A DNA stretch of 64,000 nt. Origin: Podarcis bocagei (taxonomy: Eukaryota). Every line of letters begins with the position of its first letter. Positions within the stretch are counted from its first letter, which is position 1. Below, piece after piece: positions 11,577 to 24,290 of the stretch. The position numbers were made by a program, and so were the translations under genes. Location: assembly GCA_964188305.1 (NCBI GenBank), contig OZ076886.1. The stretch is one strand, 5' to 3'. Below the pieces are notes generated by a model, which saw only the letters and a list, made by a program, of their open reading frames with translations, made no database searches and had not been told where the DNA came from.

Positions 11577-12869
11577 TATAATTTCTATAGAAAGAGCAAT
11601 TAGCTTAGTTTTGTAGAAACATTGGATTTTAGTTGGAATAAATTGGATCCAAATTATTTTTTTCTAGGGAGATGAAACAGATAGATTTTCCGCTTTGTTC
11701 TAACTAAGGATCAAATTATACAACTGTTTTCTTCAGTGGGCCTTTCAAAGCACCCAAAGATCAGTTGTGCTCCCTTGCCTACAGATCACTACCTAGATCG
11801 CTCTCCTTGTTGAATTGCTGGCCATTTCCATGCCTTTTCAAAGAACATTTTCACCCCTGGCGCTTTGCCCAATGTCATCCATATTTGACTGTAGAGATTA
11901 ATGCAAACAATTTCTTTAACACAAACAATTCCTAGTCTTCTCTGCCCTTCCCCTTCCCTAGTCTGCTGCCACTGATTAGATATTTTTAGTTGACAAATGG
12001 GGAAAGAGAAGGAAAGAAGGAGAGAAATCCTCTTTTTGTGTGTGTTTTGGAATGTAAATCATGCTGCAAAGAAGCAAGCAAAGGGGTCTTCAAAGCTAAG
12101 AACAAAGGGGACAAGCTAGGTGCCCTTCGATTGGTTTTGAAGTTCAGAAGGAACCTGTTAAAGATTCCTTTGAAGGGAGAGGCGGCGTGGAGAGAAACAG
12201 TGCCAAGATAGGAAGATGTGAGAAAATCTCTCTCAAAGAATAGATGGAATGATGATCACCGACTACAGCAACTGCTATGCAATGAGCTGTTCTGCAGCAC
12301 TGGGTCTCACAGAAAATGTGTGGAATAGGCTTTCTGGCAAGATACACAGAGCTTTCCTCTCTGCTCGTAACATTGGAGCTGAGAGGCACATACATTGCAT
12401 CAGCTCTGAGTAGGTCTATTTAACATACATGTTGTTCTGTGGCTCAATGGTAAATGAATGGTTGTTCAGAGTAGAACAGCAGGGAACAGAAGGAAACGAC
12501 AGAGTGGCCACAGTATATCAATGGCTAGTGTATAAATAATGTACAACAAGATGCAGAATAGAAATACAATCAGCACTGTTGATTGACAGCAGAGGGTGAC
12601 AGCACTCAAAGAAGAATGGAAGTGAGGCGTACTGTGCAAATCATTGCTGGAGAATGGGCCAGCAATCCAAATTTAGTTCTATTTGGGACATGTTGAAAGG
12701 CAGAAAACCAAATAACAGTTCCAATAGTGGAGTATTTATAATGATGATTGCAAAAATCAGGAAAGAGCATGAAGGAAGGCAGAGGGAGGAGAAATTGTGA
12801 GTGAAGGTTTTTATAAGTCTCTTCAAGGGTGAAAACCCAAGAGATTGTAAAGGAAAGGCTATAAACACA

Positions 12870-13260
12870 TTAATTTATTTAAAAGATTTATAGGACACAG
12901 ACACACATCAATACTTAACCAGGGCGGGGTACAACATAAAATTATTTGTTAACCACCAAATCAATCAAAACAGTAAACCTATTCATAAAAAGGTCAACAA
13001 ACAAAAGCAGCTAAAACAACCAGCTAAACACAGTGAAGGTTTAAAAAAGTCACCTGTTCAAAAACCTAAAAAGCCTAGGTGGACAGGTACATCTTTACTT
13101 GGCACAGAAATGACAGCAGTATTGATGCTTAATATACCTGTTGAAGGATGGAATGCAACAAATTGGGAATTTGAACTGTGAAAAAGGTTCTAGCAGTGGA
13201 ACGTGAAGGAAAGCGTGGCATGGGCAGGCTGATATGGGAAGTGCCAGAAACAATTTGAAT
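12870..13260 (-). mobile_element. Degraded L2-type LINE 3' region
   Basis: Reversed tail (TTTATTT...CCAGGGCGGGGTACAAC) followed by an A/C-rich tract and L2-like 3' sequence; recognised by resemblance only. Confidence 0.4.
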
Positions 13261-13592
13261 AAGGTACCTATAAAAATAAAAATAAAAGGAGAGACAGCAT
13301 AGATACAGGTTTAAGTACAGAGTAGGTGGTCTGAAAGCCCAATGGGCCCAACAATTCTAGGTGCTCAGACAGAAGGATTAGCAGGAAAGGAAGATTACAG
13401 CCAAACAGAAGGCATTTGGAAGTCAGCAGCAAGCCACCTGTCCTGCTTGACAAAGAAGAGTAAGCAGTTATTTTCTGGACTGCTCTGTAAACCGGGATCT
13501 CTTGTGCGGTTCCTGATACCTAAATTACCAGATGCTTAAAATGTTCAACAGAACTGGTAAACGGGGGCAGAGTTTGAAAATTCTGCTGCTAA

Positions 13593-14465
13593 TTCCACGT
13601 CTACACATTTAAAGGTACCTCCCACTGTCCTCTTATCCACTAGACATTTGGGAGATATGGGCTGCACATAAGGGTCCTTCATTGTCTCACCTTGGTCATC
13701 CTTTTTTGCTAATCTGCTTCGAAGTATATCAAGTCTTTTCAAGATCTCAGTTTGGGCTGGAGAATGCAGTGACCAGAAACGCTTTATCAGCGGGAGTTCT
13801 TCCTCCCAAGCGGAGTCCTCACTATCACACGTGAGAGGCCAGGCACCAGTTGGATGTGGGGCTTCCTTTTTTTCCAGATCCTGCTGGAACTTATGCTTTC
13901 TATTTTGGTGGTTTTGATGGTTAGTTTTTTTCCTTTTGTGAACCTCCATTCCTATGCCCTTGGTCCCCATCAGAGAGGTTAAGGGTGCTCTGTTCTCAAA
14001 TGTTCTTAATAGGACTATTCTTTCTTTTTTAAATAGGTTTTTAGCTCTAAACATAAAACTGGCCAAATTATGATCTAAAAAAGTAATCAGTGCTCGTACC
14101 GAGCAATCATCTTGATGTAGATACTCTATAGCGGCTATGACAGTGTCCCACGTCCTCCTATCCTGCCCCCTTTATAAAGACCTAAGGAATGAGATTATTA
14201 CTCCACTCATTCTCCCCAACCCCGGCCGTCCACAAGACATTATACTGTTCTTTCTCTTTTCTGATACGGACAGTCAGACAACAGAGAAGGTCGCAAGGTA
14301 CATCGAGAGAGCTGTGAAATTGAGGGCCACCATCTGAGTGACAGACGTGTTCATCTGACGGACCTCCTTTTGTTTGTTTTTATCCCCTTTTATGTTTATT
14401 TTATTTTATTTTTAATTCTTGTATAGCTGTGGCCTGTTGGCTTTGCTAATAAAGTTCTGATTCTG
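13593..14465. mobile_element. Non-LTR retrotransposon (RTE-X/L2-like) insertion with 5' inversion
   Basis: 13-bp TSD ATTCTGCTGCTAA (13580-13592 and 14466-14478). The plus part (~14137-14465) encodes an ORF2 C-terminus (TVSHVLLSCPLYKDLR), then AATAAA and a (TTCTGA)n tail. The minus part (13593-~14136) is an open ORF1-like frame. Confidence 0.8.
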
Positions 14466-15271
14466 ATTCTGCTGCTAAGTGATGCACTCTTTCCCCAAAC
14501 ATGCAAGTTGTGTGGGCTGTGTACACAACATACATTTAAAGCACCCCTTCTAAGATTCCTGGGAACTGGAGCTTACCCTTCAAAAAGCTACAATTCCCAG
14601 GAAAATTCCCTTAACAAATTACAGTTCCAGTGATTCTTTTTTGGTGTGTGTGTGTGCTTTAAATGCATGGTATGTAGGCAGCCTGCACAGAACCGAAATC
14701 ACCTCAAGCTTATTCTACGGCTTTGCCACACAGCACCCCCCACCCCCCCAAATTTCCTTTAGCACAGCACTTATTAGCAGGAAGTCTTGTAGGAGCATAG
14801 AAGCAATATGGAAGAAAATGAAAAATGATGGCGATTGGAGAAAAGAACTGAAGCAATGGGTATGAAGCTGTGTATTCATGCCAGCAGAGAAGGAATTGAT
14901 TAAATGGACTAACTGGAAATGAGGTCTTCCCAACCCAAGGGAATTTCTATTAGGAATATTTTATGGAGTATATTGTAGGGAGGAGGATATCAGCAAATGA
15001 GGTTCATATTCTGGGAAGAAGCAATTTTTTTTAACTTAAGGGTCATTAATGTATCCTGGCAGGAGTTTTCAAATAATAGTACAACAGATGCTCATTGGGT
15101 TCTCAGGAAAAGGCTTTTAAGTGATGCAAGTGTTTCCCTGGATTAAAACATAGCTAATATATATACTCTGTATTTTATAGGGCTCCTTTCTGAGTTAACT
15201 CTCCCCAGGCGGCTTACATGGTAACAGTTCAGAAATACATGAGCAGCAGTACAAAATGTAAAAATGCAATA

Positions 15272-15521
15272 CAGTGGATGCTTGGGTTGCAAATGTGATC
15301 CATGCGAGAGGCACATTCGCAACTCGCAGCACAGCGCCGCGTCTGCGCACACGCGGGTTGCGATTCGGCGCTTCTGCACATGTGCAAAGTGCGATTTAGT
15401 GATTCTGCACATGCGCAAGCACTGAAACCTGGAAGTAACCTGTTCCGGTACTTCCTGGTTTTGGCGCGTCCGTAACCCGAAAATGCGCAACCTGAAGCAT
15501 CTCTAACACGAGGTATGACTG
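15272..15521. mobile_element. Tc1/mariner (Tigger-like) MITE
   Basis: TA|CAGTGG...GACTG|TA termini. A related truncated copy lies at 60049-60233. Confidence 0.8.
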
Positions 15522-15995
15522 TACTACAGAACACTCCCAACATTAAATGAACCAGTGAGAATAAAACACCTAGCCACCCTATAATGCAGAACACCCTATA
15601 ATGCAGAAAAATAGCATTAGTGGCCATATACCTCTGAATACTGTTTGTTGGGCAGCACACATGGGGTGAGTGCTTTTGTACTTGGGTCCTGCTTGTGGAC
15701 TTCTCATTGGCCATGGAAAGAACAGGTGCAGAATGGATGGGTCTTTGGTCTCATCCAGCAGGAATCTTCTTATGTTTTTAGGTTCTTAACAATAGGTCAT
15801 CTGAAACAAATAGTTCTTCAAAACCCTTCTAAAGGATTACTAAGCACGTCCAGGACAGGGGACAGTGATTAGCCAGAGATGGTAGAGGAGTATGCTTATG
15901 TTCAAGGTGAGGGGAAAGACCAGGAGAGAAGCAAACCATTTGGAAAAAGTACTTGGCGCTGTAGCTAGCATGGTCTTTTTCTCCTCCATGAACTA

Positions 15996-16234
15996 CAGTG
16001 GTACCTCGCAAGATGAATGCCTTGCAAGACGAAAAACTCGCAAGACGAAAGAGTTTTCCGTTTTTTGAGTCGTTCCGCAAGACGAATTTCCCTATGGGCT
16101 TGCGAGTTCTTGCGAGTTTGTTTCCTTTTTCTTTAAGCCGCTAAGCCGCTAATAGCCGTGCTTCGCAAGACGAAAAAACCGCAAGATGAAGAGACTCGCG
16201 GAACGGATTAATTTCGTCTTGCGAGGCACCACTG
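15996..16234. mobile_element. Tc1/mariner MITE
   Basis: TIR CAGTGGTACCTCGCAAGA / TCTTGCGAGGCACCACTG with TA TSD; internal repeats of CGCAAGACGAA. Confidence 0.9.
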
Positions 16235-16899
16235 TATATATTTAGAGCCAGTATGCTAAAAATAATTAAAATTAAGGTTCTGTTGTTGCTGTTTCATTAG
16301 GCACATGGAATATGCGGTTCTTCACTGTGATTTTATCTTCTGCTGCTCGTTATGTAATACAATTGTATGTAAGTAGGTCTGTGTATCTATATTGTTATAA
16401 ATTTTAATGACTACTAATTACCTTAAATTCTGTATGAAAGGTGGGATATAATTAAAAATAAAATAAAAACAAAGATCCAGGTCTCTACCTTTGCTCAAGT
16501 TCAAATGAACAGAACAGAGAACTTTGTCTGAAACTGAATGCTGTCCCCCTCCTGCACAGAATTACAGATCCAAAGGATTATTTTTTTAAAACTCCTTCAA
16601 CAAAGGCTATTTGCCTTTCCTTATAATGTATGGACTGGATATTCCACATACATGGAGGACATGTGAAAGTATTGTGCTAAAGATAGGATACAATTGAATC
16701 ATACATAGATGGATCATCCCAGAGGAAAAAACTTTTGGAGCTTAGGGACTTCCAACATCCTTTTCGAGTAGTGAGACTATGTTGGGATTACTGAGAATTT
16801 GAAGGAAGCATGATGCTAAAGAGAGGCATCCTTTAGTATAGTAAAATTGCCACCAACCCCCCTTCAGGCATCCCTTGAAGTTGGCTTATGGGAATGCAA

Positions 16900-17630
16900 A
16901 GAAATCCTTTCCCATGTAGACTAACATTGCCTCCCTAAGTGGATCTGAGCGCCGGCAAGTGATTTATTATGGAAGGATTAGGAGCTCTGCTTGGGAATCG
17001 ATATAAAAATTGTTTGCGGAGGATAGAGAAAAGACACTTTGGGGCCTGTGTTGATGGACATAACATAGCGGGGTCTCCCAAGAGAGGGCTAGAGAGTGAG
17101 ACCCAAGAAGAGGGTGGAGAAAATCAAGGAGATGGGAGAGTCTTATTTGCCCATTGAAAAAACTGACAGGACTTTCCAGATTTGCTTTGTTTACAAAGTA
17201 ATAAAAAAATATTAAAAATGAGATGAAATGTCTTAGTATCTTAATGTCTGCTTTATCAGGGCATACAAAAAATGGAGATTGTCTCCCCAATCCTAAACAC
17301 AATATAACATTAGCCTTTGTAGTGTCCTATGTTGCTAGTCTATTGTGCGGTATTTCACTGGGGGAATAGCCTTTGGTATTTCCTATCCTAAATAGTTTTG
17401 TGGCTTCCTAAGTTTTGGAAGGAGGCAGATATGCATGGATAATATTATGCTTAATTTTAGTCCTGCTGATTCTTTTTATCTGGCTCTCAATATCTACTGC
17501 CTTTTAAGTTGGTTTGTGTTTATTTTTACAGGTTTACCTTTATAATAATTTTTTTTAATTTTCCTTTTATGTAAACTGTTCTGGAAATTACTACTGGAGG
17601 GTGGTATAGGTGTTTTTATAATAAATATAA
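16900..17630 (+). mobile_element. Highly decayed L2 LINE fragment
   Basis: 3' end GTAAACTGTTCTGG...GGGTGGTATAGG...AATAAATA resembles L2 termini; weak remnants of L2 C-terminal motifs upstream. Confidence 0.35.
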
Positions 17631-18210
17631 ACATGTGTTGTCTTGCATTCAGCTAACTTTTACTCAGGGTAGATGCATTGAAATGAATGGCCACAAGTTA
17701 GTCATGGTCATTAATTTCAGTGGGTCTACTCTGAATAAACTTTTGTTGAATACCAGCCAGTATGTATTAAAAAATTAAAATCTACTGGGCTGTTGTTAGG
17801 TTCAGATAGATAGCCATTTGCTTACTCAGCAAATTGGCCACAATTGTTGTCATAATCGTTTGCTACAATTGTTTAAGATGTCCTTAAAAAGTTTGTGTAT
17901 GACATCAAAAGTGGTCAACTTACAGGTACTAGGGATCTGACCACCTGACTGTATCTCTAAAACAGTATCAGTAAAAAAATGGGACTAATTGGAACATTTT
18001 ATAAAAGATACCTGTATAACTGTTCAAGACTGGAGACTTGGGCTGGATCCAGACGCATCAAAGAAGCGTTTCAGTTAAATGCGTTATAAACTCTGTATGA
18101 GAAATCGGGTTGGCAAAAACGGAACTCCACAGCACCATCTGGTGTCACAGTGTTATAATGTGTATACAACACATAAAGACAATGTGGCTGAGTCCTTGGA
18201 GAATTTTAGA

Positions 18211-18351
18211 CCCTTCATTTCTTCTTGAATTTCTTAAGCAGAGGTTGGATGGCCACCTGTCATGTATGGTCTCGTTGAGATTCCTGCATTGTAGGAGAGT
18301 GGACTAGATGGCCCTCGGGGTTATTTCCAGCTCTACAATTCTACGATTCTA
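18211..18351 (+). mobile_element. CR1 LINE 3' end
   Basis: TTAAGCAGAGGTTGGATGGCCA...GGACTAGATG...ATTCTACGATTCTA octamer-type tail. Confidence 0.85.
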
Positions 18352-18479
18352 CAGAATTCTCAGTGCCCTGGAGTGAAGGTGGACAATGGGATATGACTTA
18401 AATATTGTTGGATTCAGTTAAGTCCAAACCTTCAGTGGTACACAGTGTTCTATAAAAAGATTTAAATTGCTGTAAAGTG

Positions 18480-19830
18480 TCTTTATTATCACTTGTAGTC
18501 TGTCCTTCTCCAGTTTTAAGGGTGGGTATCTGCTGCTTCTGAATTAGCCATTGTGCGTTATAGTAACTTTAAATGAAAAACTCAATTTGCAACATATTCC
18601 TGCCTTCTGCAGCAAAGTCAAATATAGACCAAAGTCTCTTTGACTTTGAAGAATTTTTGGACACAGATCTTGATAAACTGAAATGTCTTTCCCTTCGCAT
18701 TTGATAGAATCAGCATTTCTAAGAAGTTGCGTTACTGGGTTTTTTACAGAAAAATGAGCAAACCAAATGTTTTGTGGATTTCCCCCCTGCTTTGATTTGG
18801 GATGGAAAGCATGGGGAACCCTCAGTGTTTCCTGTGCTTGAAGATTAGCATTGACCCATGTGACAAATGCTACAGAGAGATTCTCCTTGTCAAAAGTCTC
18901 AGGAATTCCTCTTGCTCTAATATTTAAATGGTGTTCCCTATCTTTAAAGTAAAGGTGGAGGTTCAATTTAGATTGTGAGTGTTTATTATTTTTAACAATC
19001 ATCTCATCTTGTTATTTAAAATTTTGATCCATAGCTGCATTAGTTGTGCCAGTGTACTGGAAGAAGCAAAGATCATCATTGTCAAAGCAATGATTCTTCA
19101 ACAGCAACTTCATGTTGTTCAGATGCCTGATTATCATCTTCCAAAGCAACTACTCTATTCTGAACTTGAAAATGGAAAGCATAATGCTGATGGTCTGCAA
19201 GCACTCAAATTGGAGAACAGCCTTTACCAAAGGTGTCATGGACTTTGAAGATGCTCAAACTCAGGATGAAAGGGAGAAACATGCTAAGAGGAAGGCACGT
19301 TTGGCAAACCCTCACCATGATCAACTTCCACCCGGAAACCTATGTCGTTACTGTGGAAGCACGTGTGGATCCAGAATTGGCCTCCACAGTCACTTCCAGA
19401 CTCTCCGTTAAGACTGTGTTCATGGAAGACAATCTTACTTGGCTACAAGTGATCACCAAAGAAGAAGAAGGTCACTGGATTTGCCATTGTAGAGGAGACT
19501 TTAGCTATTTCCTCTTAGAAAGGTTGGTTGCTTTATTCCATTACTGTGCTCAGTTAGTGCAAAGTTGCTGTACCAAAGGAACCGTGGCTCAGTATTCATC
19601 TTGAGACATGCCTTGGTCTCTTTTAGAGGGTCAGATGGCCATATTAGAAGGAAGTCTTCTTTCTTGGATCAATCAAAGTTGTGGTAAGTAAATAAGAATC
19701 CAGAGTAAGATTCTTACTTACCACCCAAATCTACTAGAGTTTGAGAGTCTGGATAACTAATGAAGCAGTTTAGAACCAAACTTGTCCCGGGGTGGGTGGA
19801 GAGAGCCAAGTTAAGGCGCCATCTTGAATG
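18480..19830 (-). mobile_element. L1 5' part (5'UTR plus decayed ORF1), interrupted by an RTE insertion
   Basis: ORF 18544-19002 (NIRARGIPE...GKDISVYQDLCPKILQSQRDF...LQKAGI) matches L1 ORF1p (Transposase_22) RRM/CTD motifs. CAAGATGGCG on the minus strand near 19816-19825. Confidence 0.75.
19047..19470 (+). mobile_element. RTE-clade LINE 3' fragment nested in L1
   Basis: Frameshifted translation MPDYHLPKQLLYSELENG...CRYCGSTCGSRIGLHSH (RTE C-terminal zinc-finger motif) and a (GAA)n tail. Confidence 0.88.
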
Positions 19831-21557
19831 GATGACATCACCTCCCCCAGAGAGGTCTTCTTGAGGAGATGATGCACCACTGCCTCATTCAATGCGAATG
19901 GTACTTCCCTCTCCTCCAGTGAAGAATTAATGTACAACTGGCTTCCCTCGCAAAACTTGCAGAATCATGGGATTTTGATTGTTTTTTGGACTACAGTCAT
20001 GGACAGGAATAAGCACATTTTAAATTAACATGGTGGTGCTACTTCCATCCTAGTCCTGCCACTCTGCTATACATGTTATGTTTATCGACTTTCTAAGTGT
20101 TGCTTCCTGTTCCACATCTTCCTGCTTGATCTCCTTGTCTTTGGCTCCTCCTACTTTTCTGACTCCAGCCTGAAACATTTGCAGTCAGTTCCTGGTGCCA
20201 AATACGGGGACTAAAGTCAGTGGACCATGGACATAGGAAGCCACCTTTTAATGAGCCAGACCACTGGCCCGTCATCTAGCTCAGTACTCCAGGTGACAGT
20301 GGCTCTCCAAGATACTGGGGATTGAACCTGGATGTGTTTACCTGCAAAGCATTTACTCTTACCTATGAGCTAAGACCTCAAGACTGTGCAAAGTAAGACA
20401 GCGCTCCAAAGAGAAGACAGGCCACTATCTTAAATTGGATTTACCCATGGATTCAGGGTTAAAATATAACAAGAGGCTCCTTGTTGGGAGCAGATAATGG
20501 TGGCTGTTTTCTTACCTGTTAGACAAGTCAATTATTGTCATTCTTAATGACAGTAATGGCCAGAATGATATGGAGCCTGGGGCGTGCTGGTGGCAAACTG
20601 GTGGGAACATGTCATCAACACAAACAAGAGCTCCAGGGCACCCCTGCTATGCCGTCCCCTGCCTGAGACAGATGTCATCAAAAGGAAGGAAGCACTGACC
20701 TGGAGAGGGAAGGTGGACGTCAGGACTTTTCCATGCAGAAAGTTTTCCACTGTCAAGCCCAGACTGGTCCCTCCCAGTTCTTTGTGGGGAGGGGCCACTT
20801 CAGAACAAGAGGCTTTCAGTGTTCCCATGGGAAAGATCTACCTCAAAGCAGTTGGCTTGAGCTGGTACTTAATCCCATGAGCGTTTCAATTTGATTTGCA
20901 TGTAAAATGTCAATTGAGCTGTTATATTTATCATCAAAATCTATGCAGAAGTGACATTTTTACAATGGACTTTAGATCCCCATGCCTTAGTTTCATTCTC
21001 CAGCGGGGGTTTGGTGGAATCTTCCCCACTTGAAAACATTTGGGAAGTTGCTGCTGTTCTAGGTTTGTAAAAAAAAATGTTTATTTTATTTATTTTTAAA
21101 AAAACTTTCTAAAGAGAGAGTTTAAGATTACCCCAGGATCACGGCCCACTGCCAGAAAAGCATTGCTAGTGAGCTTCAGAGGGGGGGAAAGCCTGCAGAG
21201 GTGGGTGAACAGGATTGGCACCGCCTGAGCTTCTGCTGTCTCATAATAGCCAAAGAATAAAATGGATTAAAAGCCTTTTAATACTTATTATTCCACTCTA
21301 GGAACAGGCAGTTAGACTAGCAGATGCCAGTTACGAGTCCCAAGAGAGCACTCGCATGACATCCATTCCACATTCTGTTCTACAAGCCCCATATCAAGAG
21401 ACCAGGCCAGCAGAATCCCCCTAGCTCTCGTCTCCCCTCCTTTCTCCCACCACCGCAAAGTACACTCAGTCTGCAAGCAACCCCAAACTTGGTGTTTGAT
21501 GACAATAGCAAATAAGTAATAATAAACGAGACATTTTCTTTACCTAGAGAGTATTTG

Positions 21558-21615
21558 AGATTTCACTTTTCCTTCCGCGTTGGAATTTCCCACCGGCTAT
21601 AAATTCAGTTTCTTA
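21558..21615. promoter_or_regulatory. Composite IRF / ETS / NF-kB / TATA / IRF module
   Basis: TTTCACTTTTC (IRF-E, 21561-21571), CTTCCG (ETS core), GGAATTTCCC (=GGGAAATTCC, 21582-21591), TATAAA (21598-21603) and TTCAGTTTCT (IRF-like, 21604-21613). Confidence 0.5.
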
Positions 21616-21891
21616 GAGCAGCTGTAGAAACAGGTTAAGAGATTGTGGCGGGCTCAGAAACTGTCTTGATGAAGGCCAGACAAACAGGCTAACTAATGGG
21701 GTGCCTTGCTATACTGCTTTCCTCCCCCCACCCCAACCGCCCCATTATACCCTGGGTCTGTTCTGACACTGCAAACTGGGGAAAGGAAACAGGTGGAGGA
21801 GACTGGGCCAAGCTGTGATTGATTACACAGGACTAGGGACCCAGAGAGAACACGTGCAGTTTCAGGTTTTCACCTCCCTAATAATAATAAT

Positions 21892-21928
21892 TGTGTGTGT
21901 GTGTGTGTGTGTGCGTGTGTGCGTGCGC
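21892..21928. repeat. (TG)n/(CG) alternating purine-pyrimidine tract, Z-DNA prone
   Basis: TGTGTG...GTGCGTGTGTGCGTGCGCA. Confidence 0.85.
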
Positions 21929-23711
21929 AGAGCGCTGTTTTATACACACACTTTGGGAATCAAATTGCAATAAAGGCTTTTTGCTTCACAGTTCCCTTGG
22001 TAGACGAGAGAGCTGGGTTTGGCTCCAAGTTGCTCTTTCTGCCTGGAGAAAAAGCCAATAAAACAAAATTCAAGGCCCAATTACTAGAGTCCAGTGATGA
22101 ATATCACCCTCTTGTTCCACCAGGCAGCCAGAGGCCTGCAAGCTTATGTGGAATAGGAATTCCTTCTCTTGATCGACTTTGAAACTTTCCTTTCAGGTAA
22201 TGTACTCAGATTTATGTGAGACTTATTCTCACATTGGCCATGTTTAGACGTACCACCTCTGACTATAGAAACATAGCTCAGGAAAATTAGGATGTGCACT
22301 AAATACTGCATTATCAGAACACAAATGATCACAAGTATCACCAGTTTTGCACCTCTCTTCCTGGAGCAAGGAAGCAAACCACAGAACGGCTGGTTTAGTG
22401 TCATGTCTGAAGCAGCATTCATGCTTTGTTTTCCCCAAACAATGACTGGAAAGCCAAAGTTTGCAAGCTATGGTTTATGGCCAGCGTCACACCTGAATGT
22501 AGCCATTATAATAAACCCCAGACAATGTACTTATTGAGGACCCATTCTGATTTGCTTTGGAAATTACCTCACAGACTTACAATTCCTACAGTGGTTTAAC
22601 AGTCAATCTCTCCCCCCAGGGAATTCTGGGAATTGCAGCTGTCTCTGAGGGGAATTTGGGTCTCCTAACAACTCTCAGCACCCGTAACACACTATAGTTC
22701 CCAGAATGCCTTGTGTGTGAAGCCATGGCGGCTTAAAGTAGAATGATACTGCTTTAAATATCTAGGACAGAGGAGGCCTCTCCAATTGACAGAGTGGGGA
22801 GACGCAGTTCACTGGTGGCCTTAGGCTAATCATTTTATCAGCTAAATCTACATCATGGGATTGTGAGGATAAAATGAAGTGCTGGGTTAGAACCACATAC
22901 ATCACTCTGAGCTCTTTGGAGGAGGTGAAGAATGAACATGACTTGAAGAGAATGTTCTGGAATTTTCCACTTAGAAATAGGGTTGGCTGAGAAACTTTCC
23001 AAAATGATCTCATCCCTTTTATTTGCAATCAAAATGTTACTTCCTAATGACATTAAAAATGTTTACATCCATCCACCCCCCCATAGGTTTTCTGCTTAAT
23101 TTTTCTACTTCGGGGAGCGGCTGACCATAGCAGAAGGGTGGGAGAAGTTGTTCTTGACATTTCAATATTAGGCACCTCCCTCAGAAATAAGCCTGCATTG
23201 GATAGGGTAGATCAATTGCTAGCTCTACTGCCACCCGCCATAGCACTGTTTTTGGCCTTACGATGCGTACCACTGGTACCCAAGTGTGCACTCTGCTACA
23301 CTTTCCGGAGGTGATGCAGAGCAGGGGCCTCCGCAATACCAAAGCCCCCACCCCCTGCCACATGAACCCAGTGAATCTAGGCGGAGGGGAAAATCTGCCT
23401 CACCCTAACCCCCTTTGACAATGTGGGTCTGGAGTTAGGATTGCTCTTTTACCTTGGGGGAGGGGGGAAGAATTAATGCCCCTCCCAGCACTCGGAAACA
23501 AATTAAACCCAAAGAACTAGTAACAACAATAAACCACACTGCTATACTAGTTTATTTACGCATACACAGTAACAGATAATGAAAAGTGCAACAGACCAAG
23601 TTTCATGGGGTCTTAAAATCTTCTAAAAATTGCTACTGCAAGGAATGGAAACTAATATAATTGGTCCATGTACCAGCCGAATATATTTTGAAACTCATCT
23701 ATGTGTAAATA

Positions 23712-23969
23712 CTGTATTTTTTGCTCTATAAGACTCACTTTTTCCCTCTAAAAAGTAAGAGGAAATGTGTGTGCGTCTTATGGAGTGAATGCAGGCTGCA
23801 CAACTATCCCAGAAGCCAGAACAGCAAGAGGGATTGCTGCTTTCACTGCGCAGCGATCCCTCTTGCTGTTCTGGCTTCTGAGATTCAGAATATTTTTTTT
23901 CTTGTTTTCCTCCTCCAAAAACTATGTGCGTCTTGTGGTCTGGTGCGTCTTATAGAGCGAAAAATACGG
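23712..23969. mobile_element. Tc2/pogo-like MITE
   Basis: TIR C(C/T)GTATTTTT(C/T)GCTCTATAAGAC at both ends; TA TSD. Confidence 0.85.
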
Positions 23970-24290
23970 TAATTCTGACTTTTTGACCTTGATGCTGCAT
24001 TTGCACAGACTCATTCTCCCCCTTCCCCTTCCCCTCCCCCCTTTCTCTGGGAGAAAACTCTTATTTTTGGTTTTGGGTGAGGAACCAAATGATACCAAAA
24101 TGCAATGCACTTGAGTAAAGTTCCTCTCTTAACTCTACAGTTCTATGCTTCCCTGAAACACCTACCCTCAAACTTTTCTCAGTTTTGAACATCCCTCTAT
24201 TTCCTGAATGAGGTTTTTTTTTTAAAGCAAGTTTCAATACTGCAATGTTCTGATTTTAACCATCTGTTTCCATCCCCAACTGCTGGATTT

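Noticed and set aside
13545-14066. 173-aa ORF with an apparent splice acceptor, read as the last exon of a host gene
   Set aside because: It lies almost entirely within a TSD-bounded LINE insertion, and the frame continues upstream of the acceptor to the inversion junction.
15996-16234. Regularly repeated CGCAAGACGAA resembling a CRISPR-like array
   Set aside because: These are subterminal repeats within a TA-flanked Tc1/mariner MITE in a vertebrate genome; spacing is irregular and there are no cas genes.
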